DNA of 64,000 nucleotides from Candidatus Bathyarchaeota archaeon (GCA_963775685.1 CAVZJV010000014.1:1280001-1344000); one strand, 5' to 3'; shown: positions 1 through 11,111, counted from the first letter of the stretch. Numbers and translations are program-made. The notes: generated by a model from the sequence alone, not told the origin.

Positions 1-118
1 TGACGTCAACTGGGTCGATAACAAGCGTTTTTGATGGGGTTTTTAGAAGAATGCCAGCGTAGTTGTTGAGCCAAACAAACAGTATGCTGTTCTTCTCAGG
101 CGTTTTATTGACGGACAA
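1..118 (-). CDS. MBL-fold metallo-hydrolase, N-terminus (runs off window edge)
   Basis: Manual translation from TTG at 118: LSVNKTPEKNSILFVWLNNYAGILLKTPSKTLVIDPVDV. The W..Y/H-AG-hhh...hhIDP pattern is the typical MBL-fold start. Confidence 0.65.
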   Translation of the reverse strand, partial: MSVNKTPEKNSILFVWLNNYAGILLKTPSKTLVIDPVDV

Positions 119-409
119 ATCTTGATTTCCTCACAAATAACTATGATAGCTGCATTTTAAAGAAGTTATGCATCCCTCAATGGCGCGCGTTTCTTGTCCT
201 ATGTTTATCAGCCGAATTTATTTTCGTCCTTATGCTTTGTTTGGTGTTTATTGTGTTTTGCCATTTGAGTCGGGTTTGGGTTGCAGGTGTTTGTGAAGTT
301 AATACTAAAGCTGCAGTAAATATTCAGGTAAACCTTTTTTTAAGTTCAAAATTTTGATAATGCTTAATAGTTTCTTAGGTTGAGTACATTCTAAATTACG
401 TGACCTGTC

Positions 410-1693
410 ATGGTTGATGTTTGGCTTCCCTACGGAAAAACCGACGTGTGCGTTCGTGTTCCAGCCCGAAATCTGCTTGGCACACTTGAACCTAAAGATC
501 AACAAGGAGTCGCCGATTCAAAAGCCGAAGTGGAACGCGCCCTAAAGGAACCCATCGGCTCCAAACGTTTAAGCGAGATTGTTAAACCTGAGAGTAAAGT
601 GGCGATTGTCGTAGATGATGCCACACGCAAGGCTCCTAGCGAAGCGATGCTTTTACCTGTGCTGGCTGAACTCAATGCGGCAGGCATTAAAGACGAAAAC
701 GTGACGATTATTTTTGGCTGCGGAACCCACCGCGTGGTAAAACCTGAAGAAGCCGCAGCCTTACTCGGGGAGGAAGCTCTCAAGCGAGTAAAAACAATCA
801 GCCACTGCTGTACTGCTCAGGATTTAGTTTACATTGGCTCAACTAAGACCCATAATAACAAAGTAAATCTTAACCGCGTCTTTGCTGAAGCAGACGTAAA
901 AGTGCTCTTGGGCGATGTTGGCTTCCATTATTATGCAGGTTATGGAGGCGGAAGGAAAAGTATCCTGCCTGCAGTATGCGGCGAAGAAACCATCAAAAAC
1001 AACCATGCCATGCTACTAAACGCCAATGCCAAAGCAGGAAACCTGCAGAACAACCCCGTACATGTAGACATGACTGAAGCAGCAAGATTAGCTAAAGTGG
1101 ATTTTATTGTTAGCGTAGTTGAGAATAAGAAGGGCGAAATCGTAAGGGCATTTGCCGGCGATTTGGAGGAGGCGTTTTTGGAGGCGGTGAAGTTGGTTGA
1201 TGAAATGTACCTTGTAACGATTGACCGACGAGCAGACATAATCGTAGTGAGCGCGGGTGGGCACCCAGCGGACATAAACCTGTATCAGGCTTACAAAGGC
1301 TTAGACAATGCATTGGATGCGGTTAAACGAGGTGGAGTAATTATCCTTGTCGCAGAATGCCCCGAGGGACACGGTAACCGAGTGTTCTACGATTGGATGA
1401 CAAGGCTTGGGGACCTCAAAAACGTAGAACGTGAGGTTAAACGTAACTTTGTTATGGGCGGACACAAAGCATACTATCTGCTCAAAGCTCTGCAGAACCA
1501 CCAGATAATCTTGGTCTCATCAATGCCAGACTACTACGCAACCAGCATATTCAAACTCAAAACGGCGCGGGCGGTCAACGACGCCTTGGCAGAAGCGCTC
1601 AAAATTGCCGGTTCAGCCTCCAGAGTTTGGGCAATTCCGTGGGGCAGCTACACTTTGCCTGTGTTTAAGGCAGCCGAAGAAAGTAAAACCTAA
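410..1693 (+). CDS. larA: Nickel-pincer-dependent lactate racemase (LarA family)
   Basis: 427 aa with motifs DDATR, GCGTHR, HYYAGYGGGRKSILP, DINLYQAYKG and AECPEGHG. Confidence 0.9.
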   Translation: MVDVWLPYGKTDVCVRVPARNLLGTLEPKDQQGVADSKAEVERALKEPIGSKRLSEIVKPESKVAIVVDDATRKAPSEAMLLPVLAELNAAGIKDENVTIIFGCGTHRVVKPEEAAALLGEEALKRVKTISHCCTAQDLVYIGSTKTHNNKVNLNRVFAEADVKVLLGDVGFHYYAGYGGGRKSILPAVCGEETIKNNHAMLLNANAKAGNLQNNPVHVDMTEAARLAKVDFIVSVVENKKGEIVRAFAGDLEEAFLEAVKLVDEMYLVTIDRRADIIVVSAGGHPADINLYQAYKGLDNALDAVKRGGVIILVAECPEGHGNRVFYDWMTRLGDLKNVEREVKRNFVMGGHKAYYLLKALQNHQIILVSSMPDYYATSIFKLKTARAVNDALAEALKIAGSASRVWAIPWGSYTLPVFKAAEESKT

Positions 1694-1792
1694 ATATTTC
1701 GCTCGCTAAATCAGCTGGAAATCGAGCGGTCGAGTTTTGAAGCGTAACCTTTAAGTTTCAACGGCGAAATTTGGTTTAGGCAAGGCGAAACG

Positions 1793-2272
1793 ATGCAACA
1801 AACCTTCACGATGCGAAAATTCATTCCCGATGATTTGCAAAGCGTCATGCAAATCAACCGAGTCTGCCTCCCAGAAAATTATACTGACTTTTTCTTTGTG
1901 GATTTGCACCAGCGTTTCCCAGAAACTTTCATAGTAGCGGAAGAAGATGGAAAAATCGAGGGGTATATTATGTGCCGTATCGAAGTGGGATTGTCTAATT
2001 TTGGGTTTGGCGGCTTAATCCGCAAGGGACATGTAGTTTCAATTGCTGTGTTGCCGCAGAGTAGGCGCAAAGGCATAGCTTCAGCACTAATCAAAAAGGC
2101 ATTGGAAGGCATGGAGTACTACAAAGCTAAACAGGGCTTCCTTGAAGTTCGCGTCACAAACGAAGCAGGCATATCACTTTACAAGAAACTGGGCTTTGAA
2201 ATAACCCGAACAATCAACGGTTATTATTCCGACGGCGAAGACGCCTACGTCATGACTAAAAGATTAAACTAA
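1793..2272 (+). CDS. rimI: Archaeal N-alpha-acetyltransferase (RimI/Ard1, GNAT)
   Basis: Motifs CLPENY, GHVVSIAV, RRKGIA, LEVRVTN and YYSDGEDAYVM. Confidence 0.92.
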   Translation: MQQTFTMRKFIPDDLQSVMQINRVCLPENYTDFFFVDLHQRFPETFIVAEEDGKIEGYIMCRIEVGLSNFGFGGLIRKGHVVSIAVLPQSRRKGIASALIKKALEGMEYYKAKQGFLEVRVTNEAGISLYKKLGFEITRTINGYYSDGEDAYVMTKRLN

Positions 2273-2342
2273 TTTTTTTCCAAAAGATTGTACGTAAGTT
2301 TTTGCCCAAAAAAAGAGAAGGAAAGATTATTTTATCGTGTTT

Positions 2343-4929
2343 TTACGGTCGTTTTCTGAGTGCTAACAATACTAAGGCGCCCACTATGGCAATGGCAACT
2401 ATTATGCCTACGACAGCGGGAACAAAGTACATGTCTGCAGCGGATTGTGGAATCGGCGTTGGCGCTGTGGTACCTTGTGGAGGATTGTCTACTGCGAATG
2501 CTGTTACAGCATGAGATGGCCAATAGGATTCAGAGCCGCCGAATGTAGCGTAAACTGTGTATTTTCCGGTGATGTCGGGTTTCCAGTTGAAACTAAAGAA
2601 GCCGTCAGAATCGGTGGTTGCTGCGCCGATATTTCGTTGGTTTCCATTTGATTCGATAACGTCAATTGATACTGGTACACCCGTCATATCGCTTGGTCTT
2701 GGTTTCTGCATGTAAACATACTGCATCCATGCACTCATGTTTGCATCAGAAACTGCTGGAACGCCTTGGGGAAAACGAGCAGCTTGCTCTGCTTGGTTTG
2801 TTCCTGCGGAAGTATCCATCACGGTGCCCTTTATCATTACGCTATTACCTTCAACTGCAGTTTCTGGCGACGCTGTTACTTGGGTTTCGCTTGGTCCTTT
2901 ACCAATAGAGTATATTGAATTGTCGTAGAAGTTGTAGTAGACAAAGAATCCGTCTGCAAGAATACTTGTTGATACTCCGTGACCGCCGATAGTGCCAGCC
3001 CAGCCGTCCATTTTCCAGATTCCGTCTCCAGTTGTAGCGTTGATGCAGTGAATGTGGTAGCCTCTATACAGTGGTGAGTTGGGAGAGTGTTCATTGTTGA
3101 AGGCATAGACTTTGCCATCAGCGATAGCTGCTAAGAGTATAGGTACATAACCCCAAGGTGACTGAAGACCAGTGTATGTGTCGTTGTATTTCCAGACCAG
3201 ATCGCCAGTTTTTGTGTTAATACAGAACATTTCTCCGCCGTAACCCTGCGTGTAAATGTTGCCATAGGCAGTAACAGCTCTTTGACCTGCACCTGAACCG
3301 CTGCTAAAGTATTGCAAGTCGCGCATTTCGACGTTGGTTGGTCCCCAGAGTTCGCTCTCCGCTGTCGACGCTAAAACCTATCCATTGGAAAGTTTCCGCT
3401 TCAGCCATTGTCCAAACGCGGTTCACTGGGTCCAGTGGACCAAAAGTTAAGCCTATGTCGCATGCGGGGGCTGAATAGTTCTTTAGCCAAACAAGTTGAC
3501 CTCGAGATGCTGGTTTGTCACTTATTGCCCATACGGTCCATGGGTCTGTCATGCCTCTATTGGCCATACCGTAGGTTCCAGTTGTCACTGGGGAGCTTAT
3601 ACCAATAATGATGTCGCCGGGTAATATGTAGATAATTTGTGGGTTGGCAGTTCCTGCTAGATCAGGTATAGTTACGTTCCAAGAGTATGCTTTGGAGGTG
3701 TCAATTACTTTATTTAGTGGTCTCCATTGCCCGTAGTTAGTGTCTGTTAAGCCATTTCTTGTGTCATTTGCTAAAGTCCAGTTCCAAGTGTCAACCAGCG
3801 GCCGGGGTAATTCATGACATATCGCACTATTTCGCCGTTATCGTTGTATACTTCGGTGCCTGTTGGTACGTTGGTTAAGTTGTAGAGCCAAGTGCCAGAG
3901 AATCCGTCTTTAGCGCTCCAAGTAGTTCCTGAAATTTGCCATATCAAACCGCCGTTTACACCATGCTGGTTTTGTGATTCGTAGTCGTAGAGTTCTCCTT
4001 TGCTAGAACTGTAGCCTCCACCAATTCCTATGTCTTGTCGATACCAGAGTTGTTCGCCGGTGCGTAAGTCAATACATGTGTATCCACCGCTACCGCCAGA
4101 GTGACCCAGAGGCATTGTGAAGCAAAGTCTTCCCTGCATAATCATCGCGTCGCCGAATCTACCTTCATATGAACCACCTGAGTAGTATGTGCTACCGTTT
4201 ACTGGGGTGTCACTGATTCCTCCAACGACTCCTCCGAACTCAACCGGCTTTGTCCAAACTATATGACCAGTGTTTGGTCCTGTTCCAGATTGCTGCCAGA
4301 GGTTAAGACGGTTACCAGGTGTCGCAAATGTACCGAAGTATGCTTCACGGAGCCAATGTGATGATATCGTGTACCATCCGATGTTTTGTCCTTCTATTGG
4401 TCGTGTCCAATATTCGGTTGGAAGCGGATAGCTATAGAGTGGTGCAGGTAGAGGGTCTTGCTGGACTGTAAAGGTCAATGTTCGGGAAGCAGGTAGAATT
4501 ATTGTTTCTGTCCATTGCCTTTGAGTAGCAGTTGCGTTCCCAAATGTATGTTTGTCCAGCGTACTCAAACACGGCAGTGTAGACGCCTACTTTATTTGGA
4601 ACGAAAGAGGTGAAGGTTACGCCTGTTGTGTCGTCTACAACTGGCCAACTTTGCGTTAAAGCTACGTTTCCGTCGGGGTCGGTAATGGTAAGTTTGTAGT
4701 CGTGGCGTCTGACTGGATTGTCGTAATTTGCATCGGCAAAGGGTGCGTCGACCCACATTGAAATATCTGTTTGTTGGCCCACGCCCACAGGGTTGGGCTC
4801 AATGTTAAGATAACAATATGAGGTGATGCTCCTTGGATCTACGGCGTTTGCGGGTAAGAATGGAACAAGTGTTAAAACCATTGCAAATATTAGAAACAAA
4901 GCTATTGCTATATTTTTAATTTTGTTCAT
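2343..4929 (-). CDS. Large secreted PQQ-like beta-propeller surface protein with C-terminal TM anchor; 3 single-base indels
   Basis: ORF pieces 4432-4953, 3771-4568, 3304-3588 and 2343-3326 join into one frame after +/-1 fixes near 4542, 3785 and 3350. Signal peptide MNKIKNIAIALFL..., propeller repeats (CIDLRTGEQLW, CINTKTGDLVW, CINATTGDGIW), C-terminal TM helix followed by RKRP. Confidence 0.8.
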
Positions 4930-5006
4930 TTTTCTTTTCTCCTTATAGTACACCTAAAAATGTGTGCATTCTTTTTTATCTCTAAAACTCTACTTAAGCA
5001 TTACAT

Positions 5007-5051
5007 GAAAGACTGAAAGACTCGCTAAGCGTTCAACTTTCCAAAGTTGAA
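5007..5051. promoter_or_regulatory. Tandem GAAAGACT x2 plus perfect palindrome TTCAACTTT-CC-AAAGTTGAA upstream of the beta-propeller gene
   Basis: Directly visible. Lies just upstream of a TATA-like CTTAAG (~4993-4998) on the minus strand. Confidence 0.45.
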
Positions 5052-5413
5052 GCATCAAATCTAAGGAATTACGTAAACTTATTGCTTAGACAAGTCTTAA
5101 AAAATTGTTCTTTTTTAGTGTCAGCAACAAATCGAACTAAGTTAACTAAAAAAGGAATATTATTCGCTTCTGGGAACCAAAAATACACAAACCAATTAAA
5201 AACCCTTATTCATGAGAATTAAAATTAATTGTTGGTCAGGTTTAACTCCGCAAACCATAGAGAAGGAGAGAAAAATGCAAAAACCTTTTCTTCGTTTGCA
5301 GGCTGGCCTGCCCAACAATTGGGGGTTGCCTTACTCCTTTCTATCAATCACTATCTCTTCTTTGAGATATAAAATATTGCTGGCTACAATCGGCAACAAC
5401 AGACACTAAGGCA

Positions 5414-6086
5414 CTATAACTTTTTTATGCCTAAACCATTTTTTGGTTGAGCTACCATCCGCTTCAACGCTAACGGAACAGCAAAATTTGCCGTAACAAT
5501 CACCGCCAACAAGCCAAAACGTAAGGCACTTGCCAAGGAGGCGGTGTCTACGAACACTTGAAAGTTTTGGGCACCCGCGATCAGATTCATCATTCCCATT
5601 CCTATCGTTAACATGGTCAATGGGAAGAGCAGCATACATGGAAATTTTTTCTTTTATTCTAAACAGCAATACATAAGAAAACACTAAAGTTGGTCCAAAA
5701 AAGACCAACGCACCCAAAATGCCCCATGGCCAACCCAACGGATTCAGCTCGATGGCTAAACCTGTTACGTTTATTGCGTAGACAGTTGTTAATATGTCGA
5801 ACATCCAAAATCCTAAGGCGACGCCTTGAAAAGAGAAGAGCAGATTCCGCCATTTCTGCGAAACATCAATTGTTGAGGGGTTGATTTTTTTCAGTTCAAG
5901 AATGACTATACTGGATGTGGGGATAAAAAGAATGAGCAGATAAATAAAGCCCAGCCACGCGTCGCCGCCAAGCATGAGCGCGGCCGCGTTGAATATCCAG
6001 ATCAAGCCCGTTGCAACCAAAAAGCCTTGGGATAAACTCTTCAAAGAACCCATAAACCACGTCTCGTCCCAATTGATTCTACGCAA
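5414..6086 (-). CDS. Polytopic membrane protein (DUF5658-like); one frameshift near 5625
   Basis: Multiple TM segments and motif FDILTT...GLAIELNP. The C-terminus continues in ORF 5414-5635. Confidence 0.6.
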
Positions 6087-6295
6087 GGAGACCTAAATAA
6101 CCTTTATTCCCAAACCCAACTTCAAGAAGGCGTGTTCAACAATGCGACAAATTCGGCAGATGTCGAATTGTAAGGTGGAAAAGCAAAATCATTCTCGAAT
6201 TCAATAAGAAAAGAGCAAAAAGAAAATATTCTTAGTAGCTTTAAAGTAAAAACAATATCCTCTATATAAGAAAATAAGAAATGAAAAAGTTGGGT

Positions 6296-7162
6296 TTAAT
6301 CAGCTTTTGGCTTAATTTTATCTGCGGCGCTGCTTAGGCTACTCATTTCTGCGTTTGCTTTACGGATTATGTCGGCGATGGTGTCTTTTGTGGGTATAGC
6401 TGCACTTACGGATAGTGAAACTGCTTTCTGGTGGGCTCGTTGCAGCAGTGGCTTAATGGTATCTTTGCTTGCATAACCTATTTCTAGGGCTAGTGCAAAG
6501 GCTTCTGAGTTGCTTGCTTGAACGCTCTTGCGTGTTGCTTCAACGTCAACTTTGAGTTGGTCACCCGAAATAATCATGCCGTTATCGAAGACCGCACGCA
6601 TGGATATGCCGAGTTCAACGGCTTTTATTCCCAATTTTGAAAGTACACCAGCTAAGCGTTCGTTGATTACCTCACCCTTCCGTACGACTAAGGTATCTTT
6701 GCTGATCCATACGCTACCTGATTCAATGCGGGTTGGTAAGCCGACGGCGTTTAGTTGGCTGATGACTGGACCAGGAGGTTGCCCTGTATTGCTTGCTGGA
6801 ATAACTACATCCATAGCGGCTATGTCGTTGGCTTTAGCGGTTGTTTTAACTTTGCCGCGTTCCAAAAGCAAAGCCAATTTGAAAGGGTTAAGGTCGGTGA
6901 AGAGGTAAACATTTGATCCATCCAAGTATTCCTCAAGCTTTTTGAGTTCCGCTTGGTTCATGTCTTCTATGGCAATTTTAATGAGTGTGTTCTTTAGAAC
7001 GCGAAGGTAAACTTTGCCTGCCATGCTTTTCTTTAGTTCTTGAAGTTGGGAAGCGCGAACCTTCCTTAAGCTAGCAATGCCAATTGATTTGTATTCTTTA
7101 AGTATGTCTTTTATAGACTCTACTTCTGTTGATTTTGCTTCTAATACTTGTTGGGATGGCAT
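6296..7162 (-). CDS. rpl10: 50S ribosomal protein uL10 (P0)
   Basis: Motifs KNTL and TGQPPGPVISQL..VGLPTRIESG; follows uL1. Confidence 0.96.
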   Translation of the reverse strand: MPSQQVLEAKSTEVESIKDILKEYKSIGIASLRKVRASQLQELKKSMAGKVYLRVLKNTLIKIAIEDMNQAELKKLEEYLDGSNVYLFTDLNPFKLALLLERGKVKTTAKANDIAAMDVVIPASNTGQPPGPVISQLNAVGLPTRIESGSVWISKDTLVVRKGEVINERLAGVLSKLGIKAVELGISMRAVFDNGMIISGDQLKVDVEATRKSVQASNSEAFALALEIGYASKDTIKPLLQRAHQKAVSLSVSAAIPTKDTIADIIRKANAEMSSLSSAADKIKPKAD

Positions 7163-7176
7163 AATATTCTTCTCGT

Positions 7177-7830
7177 TTAAGCTTTAATTTTGACTGGTTC
7201 ACCCATGGATGTCTTGATGAAAGCATACTTTACGTTTTTTAGCCCCCGTTTGAGTTTTCCATCAAGCATACGGAGAACAGTCATTGTATTGTCGACTAGT
7301 TCGTCATCTTTCATCTGTTCGGAGCCAACAGAAACTTGAATGATTGGTTGACTTCGCATACGTACAACCACTGTCTTGCGATGCTTGTTTATGAGGGCTG
7401 CAATGTCAGCGTTTGGTGGGACCGGAATGGGCATTTTACCTCGAGGACCCAAAACTGGACCAAGAATCTTTCCTACTAGCGGCATCAGGGGCACTTCGCA
7501 AACAAAAACGTCATATTCAGTGGCGAGTTTACGCAGTTCCTTCTTTTTGCCTACTAACGAGTCTAAGTCTGCGCGTTCGATGACTTTGTCAGCTTGAGAG
7601 TTCTTTGCTTTTACTATGAAGTCTCCGCTGGAAGCAACAACGCAGATTTTGTTGGGTTTACCAGTTATATGTGGGAGTTCTACAATCTCCTGGATTTTGC
7701 CTTCTGGCGCTTTCATGTCGATCTCGATGATGTCGAGGATCAAGTCTACGGTCTGGTTGAATTTTTTCTGTCCAGACTTTGCCTTTGCCTGTTTAATTGC
7801 TTCAGATATGGTCTTGTTGTCTAGGGGCAT
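7177..7830 (-). CDS. rpl1: 50S ribosomal protein uL1
   Basis: Motifs KKFNQTVDL, LGPVLGPRGKMP and KTSMG. Confidence 0.97.
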   Translation of the reverse strand: MPLDNKTISEAIKQAKAKSGQKKFNQTVDLILDIIEIDMKAPEGKIQEIVELPHITGKPNKICVVASSGDFIVKAKNSQADKVIERADLDSLVGKKKELRKLATEYDVFVCEVPLMPLVGKILGPVLGPRGKMPIPVPPNADIAALINKHRKTVVVRMRSQPIIQVSVGSEQMKDDELVDNTMTVLRMLDGKLKRGLKNVKYAFIKTSMGEPVKIKA

Positions 7831-7885
7831 TTTTAAGCCTCGTGCCAATGAGGGATTGGAAACCCATTATAAAAATATTCGCTTA

Positions 7886-8377
7886 TCATTGTTCAGTACC
7901 GAATAGTTGTTCGTAATTGCCAGCGTCGACTTCTTTCTGGACTTCACGGGGGTCTTTGCCTTCTACTGTAACGCCTAAACTTACACAAGTACCAAGCAAC
8001 TCTTTTGTTGCCTTCTTAACAGTTGGGGCAAGTAGCTGGGGACCTTTAATTTTTGCTATCCTCACCATCTGCTCCATAGAAAGGTCGCCAATTTTAACGG
8101 AGTTGGGTGTACCAGAGCCTTTCTCAACCTTTAGTTCAGCGACAATTAGTGCGGATGCTGTGGGGGTACCGACAGTAACTTCAAAGGTTTTTTCTTCAGT
8201 ATCAACGCTGATTTTAACTGGAACTTTCATTCCAGCATATTCTTTTGTGACTTCGTTGATTTTGTTCACAATAGCTACAATGTTGACGCCTAATGGACCA
8301 AGGGCTGGACCTAAAGGTGGACCTGCGTTGGCTTGACCGCCGCTTACTATTAATTCTACAACTTTTGTATCTGCCAT
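7886..8377 (-). CDS. rpl11: 50S ribosomal protein uL11
   Basis: Motifs GGQANAGPPLGPALGPLG and GTCVSLGVTVEG. Confidence 0.98.
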   Translation of the reverse strand: MADTKVVELIVSGGQANAGPPLGPALGPLGVNIVAIVNKINEVTKEYAGMKVPVKISVDTEEKTFEVTVGTPTASALIVAELKVEKGSGTPNSVKIGDLSMEQMVRIAKIKGPQLLAPTVKKATKELLGTCVSLGVTVEGKDPREVQKEVDAGNYEQLFGTEQ

Positions 8378-8387
8378 TTTGTTTCAC

Positions 8388-8861
8388 CTATTTCGCTTTT
8401 TCAACTAGTTTTACATAGTCTGAATGTACTGTGATGGGCAAAGTGAATGTGGCCTCCAAGAGTTCAAGGGTTACTTCGCCTTTTGCTTTGTCTAGTCTTG
8501 TGATTTTAGCGCGCATACCTTTGAAAGGCCCCCCAGTGATTTCAACGACATCGTCTTCGTTGAGGTCTTCCATAACGGGCTTACGAACTATGTACCTTTC
8601 AATCTCCGCGAAGCTAACGAGCCCTGGTATTCGGGAGCGAACGTGCCTGACTCCCGTAATGGCTTCTTCTACTAAGTGAGGTCCATCTGCTTCGATGAAC
8701 ACGTAACCTTTTAGTGTGTCTGGTACAAGAAGTGACTTGATTGGAATATGGGTCATCTCCACTTTGGAGGCGATTAACCGAGCAACATTGCGTTCTTGAC
8801 CGGTTGTTGTTTTGACAACGAATATTTTTACTTGTTGATTTAGCTCTTCTTTCTTGTCCAT
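8388..8861 (-). CDS. spt5: Transcription elongation factor Spt5 (NusG)
   Basis: NGN domain (TTGQE, LKGYVFIEA) plus KOW motif (VEITGGPFKG). Confidence 0.96.
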   Translation of the reverse strand: MDKKEELNQQVKIFVVKTTTGQERNVARLIASKVEMTHIPIKSLLVPDTLKGYVFIEADGPHLVEEAITGVRHVRSRIPGLVSFAEIERYIVRKPVMEDLNEDDVVEITGGPFKGMRAKITRLDKAKGEVTLELLEATFTLPITVHSDYVKLVEKAK

Positions 8862-8874
8862 GGCAAGTTTCCTT

Positions 8875-9069
8875 CTATGCTGTTGCTGCTGCGCCTGATG
8901 TTGCGCCGCCCACCGCGTAAGATAGCAGTTTAATCACGAACCCTATTAGGCCGACTGCACCGATGCCTAATAGGCTAATTTTTATCGAGAGCCAAAGCTC
9001 TTCGCGCCCCGGCTTTACAGCTAGCTTTAAGGTTCTTGATGCTTGTTGTAGCCAAGATTTTACGCCCAT
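8875..9069 (-). CDS. secE: Protein translocase subunit SecE/Sec61-gamma
   Basis: Motif LKLAVKPGREE plus one TM helix; sits upstream of spt5. Confidence 0.92.
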   Translation of the reverse strand: MGVKSWLQQASRTLKLAVKPGREELWLSIKISLLGIGAVGLIGFVIKLLSYAVGGATSGAAATA

Positions 9070-9179
9070 ATTTTACCGCACACTCAAGATTTCACTATTA
9101 TATAATAAACGTTACTGTAATTTTTTAGTTTAAAAAACTACTGTATCAAGCTTTTTAAATGTTCCTTAAAGCGGCATTC

Positions 9180-10004
9180 TTAAACTTTCCTGAAGGGCAA
9201 GCTCACTGTTTCCAGGACAGACAGCAGGTTTGGTTTATCTTCGCTTTTGATGCCTTTCCAATCCAGAACCGCCAAAGACACCTTCTCCAAAGTTCTCTCG
9301 ATACACTGCTTCAACATCTCAGAATCAACAAGGTTAACGGCGTACTTGGGAACCATGTGACCAAACGCCACTTCACCTACCAAAGCCATAAGAGCGAATC
9401 TTTGGTTGTAGTGGGTTCCACCGATACCCAATACCGCAGTGGTCGTAAGCGCTTGAAAACTGGTGACAACTGAAATTGCTGAGTGAGCAACAGCTTCTGC
9501 ACCCCTCATATCACTCCATTGCTCTTGAGAGCTACCGAGCTCTACAAACATTGCAGGGATTGGCAGGCTTGGACCATGATGGGTGCACTCAAAGGACACT
9601 TCATAGTCAAGGTTTAAGGCCTCTTTGTAGTGCAAGAGAGCCTTCAGGGCATTTTGCATAGCTGAGGCAGGCGAAATTGAGAGCGTTTTGGGCAATCCAC
9701 CAAGTTCAGCATTGCCAAAGTTCCCAGGCGTATGAACGGAAAGGGTTGGTTTACCGCTTTGGCTACTATGACGAGAAATGAAAACGATTAGTTTTGCGTC
9801 TGGAAAGTCGCCCGGCAGGTTTTGGGCTTTCACCGATTCCTCGTTTAAAGTTACAAGGGTTGCTTTTTGTCCGTTTATATCGGCGGTATAAGTTAGGTTT
9901 TGCCGGTAGTTTTCAGATGTTTTGCTGAAAGGATAGTTCTTTAGGATTTGCTCTTTGATGTTTAGGCTTGCTATATCCGTGTTTGACGTTACCAGCAGAA
10001 TCAT
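9180..10004 (-). CDS. dtdA: Archaeal D-aminoacyl-tRNA deacylase (DTD2/GEK1)
   Basis: Motifs SRHSS, LSVHTPGNF, ECTHHGP, FVELGS and GIGGTHY. Start moved to ATG at 10004 (MILLVTS). Confidence 0.92.
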   Translation of the reverse strand: MILLVTSNTDIASLNIKEQILKNYPFSKTSENYRQNLTYTADINGQKATLVTLNEESVKAQNLPGDFPDAKLIVFISRHSSQSGKPTLSVHTPGNFGNAELGGLPKTLSISPASAMQNALKALLHYKEALNLDYEVSFECTHHGPSLPIPAMFVELGSSQEQWSDMRGAEAVAHSAISVVTSFQALTTTAVLGIGGTHYNQRFALMALVGEVAFGHMVPKYAVNLVDSEMLKQCIERTLEKVSLAVLDWKGIKSEDKPNLLSVLETVSLPFRKV

Positions 10005-10103
10005 TGGTGTTCCCTTATTGGGTGGGTGCCAGTGCGGAAAAAGTTTTTGCATAAAGCTTATAATTGCATGATTGACTTTGCGTCTATTGAAGGTACCGAG
10101 AAG

Positions 10104-11015
10104 ATGCATCTGGTAAATTTCAAAGAAGTGACCGGTAAAGAGCTAACCCACCTGGTTGACTTAGGCATCGAAGTTAAAGGCAATCCAAAAAAATACCTTA
10201 AAACCTTCGAAGGCAAGTCAGCAGCGATGATTTTCCAGAAGACTTCCACACGTACACGGGTTTCGTTTGAGGTTGCCATGACCCAGTTGGGCGGACATGC
10301 TTTATACATTGATTGGCGAACCACCAATTTTGCATTGGCAGACATCGCTGATGAGTTGCAGTATTTGTCACGCAACGTTGACTGCATTATGGCACGTTTA
10401 CTGTTCGATTCGGACTTGCTTAAGATGGCAAAGGCTTCCCGCGTTCCAGTTATAAACGGTTGTGACGAAATGTATCATCCAAGCCAAGCCTTAGCAGACC
10501 TAATCACTATAAAAGAAAAACATGGCAAACTTAGGGGCGCCAAACTTGTCTACATCGGAGTACACAACAACGTAACCAACTCGCTAATTGAAGGTTGCAC
10601 CAAAACAGGCGTCAAAATCACAACAGTTACACCTATAATCAACGAAGCCGCAAAAGATGAAGAACTACTTTCTGAAGCAAAAGAAACTGGGCTTTGGCAA
10701 GCAACTTTGGATGTGAAGAACGCGGTTGCGGATGCAGACTTTGTTTACACTGACACATGGATTGACATGGAGTTCTTCACGGACCCAAAGTTTGCTTCGG
10801 AAAAAGACAAACGCATCAAGCTCATGATGCCTTACCAAATTAGCACAGAATTACTAGCGGGCAGCAACGCCTACATCATGCATGACATGCCCATTCACCG
10901 AGGATATGAAATAAGCGTAGAAGCCATCGAAAACCCCAAATCGGTGATTTTCGACCAGGCAGAAAACCGATTGTACTCGGCAAAAGCGATTTTCCTCAAG
11001 TTGATTGGTGCTTAA
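10104..11015 (+). CDS. argF: Ornithine carbamoyltransferase, HDMP-motif subtype
   Basis: Motifs FQKTSTRTR, VPVING, HPSQALAD and QAENRL. Start moved to ATG at 10104. Confidence 0.85.
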   Translation: MHLVNFKEVTGKELTHLVDLGIEVKGNPKKYLKTFEGKSAAMIFQKTSTRTRVSFEVAMTQLGGHALYIDWRTTNFALADIADELQYLSRNVDCIMARLLFDSDLLKMAKASRVPVINGCDEMYHPSQALADLITIKEKHGKLRGAKLVYIGVHNNVTNSLIEGCTKTGVKITTVTPIINEAAKDEELLSEAKETGLWQATLDVKNAVADADFVYTDTWIDMEFFTDPKFASEKDKRIKLMMPYQISTELLAGSNAYIMHDMPIHRGYEISVEAIENPKSVIFDQAENRLYSAKAIFLKLIGA

Positions 11016-11111
11016 CCTGTTTTCTATAGCAGATATATTCAGTGATTCTTCAATCTGATTTGACTATGTCACTTTTTACAAGTTTCTTAATTTGACAACA
11101 GTTGCCTTTTG

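Noticed and set aside
10026-10109. Overlapping divergent dtdA/argF starts in the ORF track
   Set aside because: Family-consistent starts are at 10004 and 10104, leaving a normal 99-bp divergent promoter gap.
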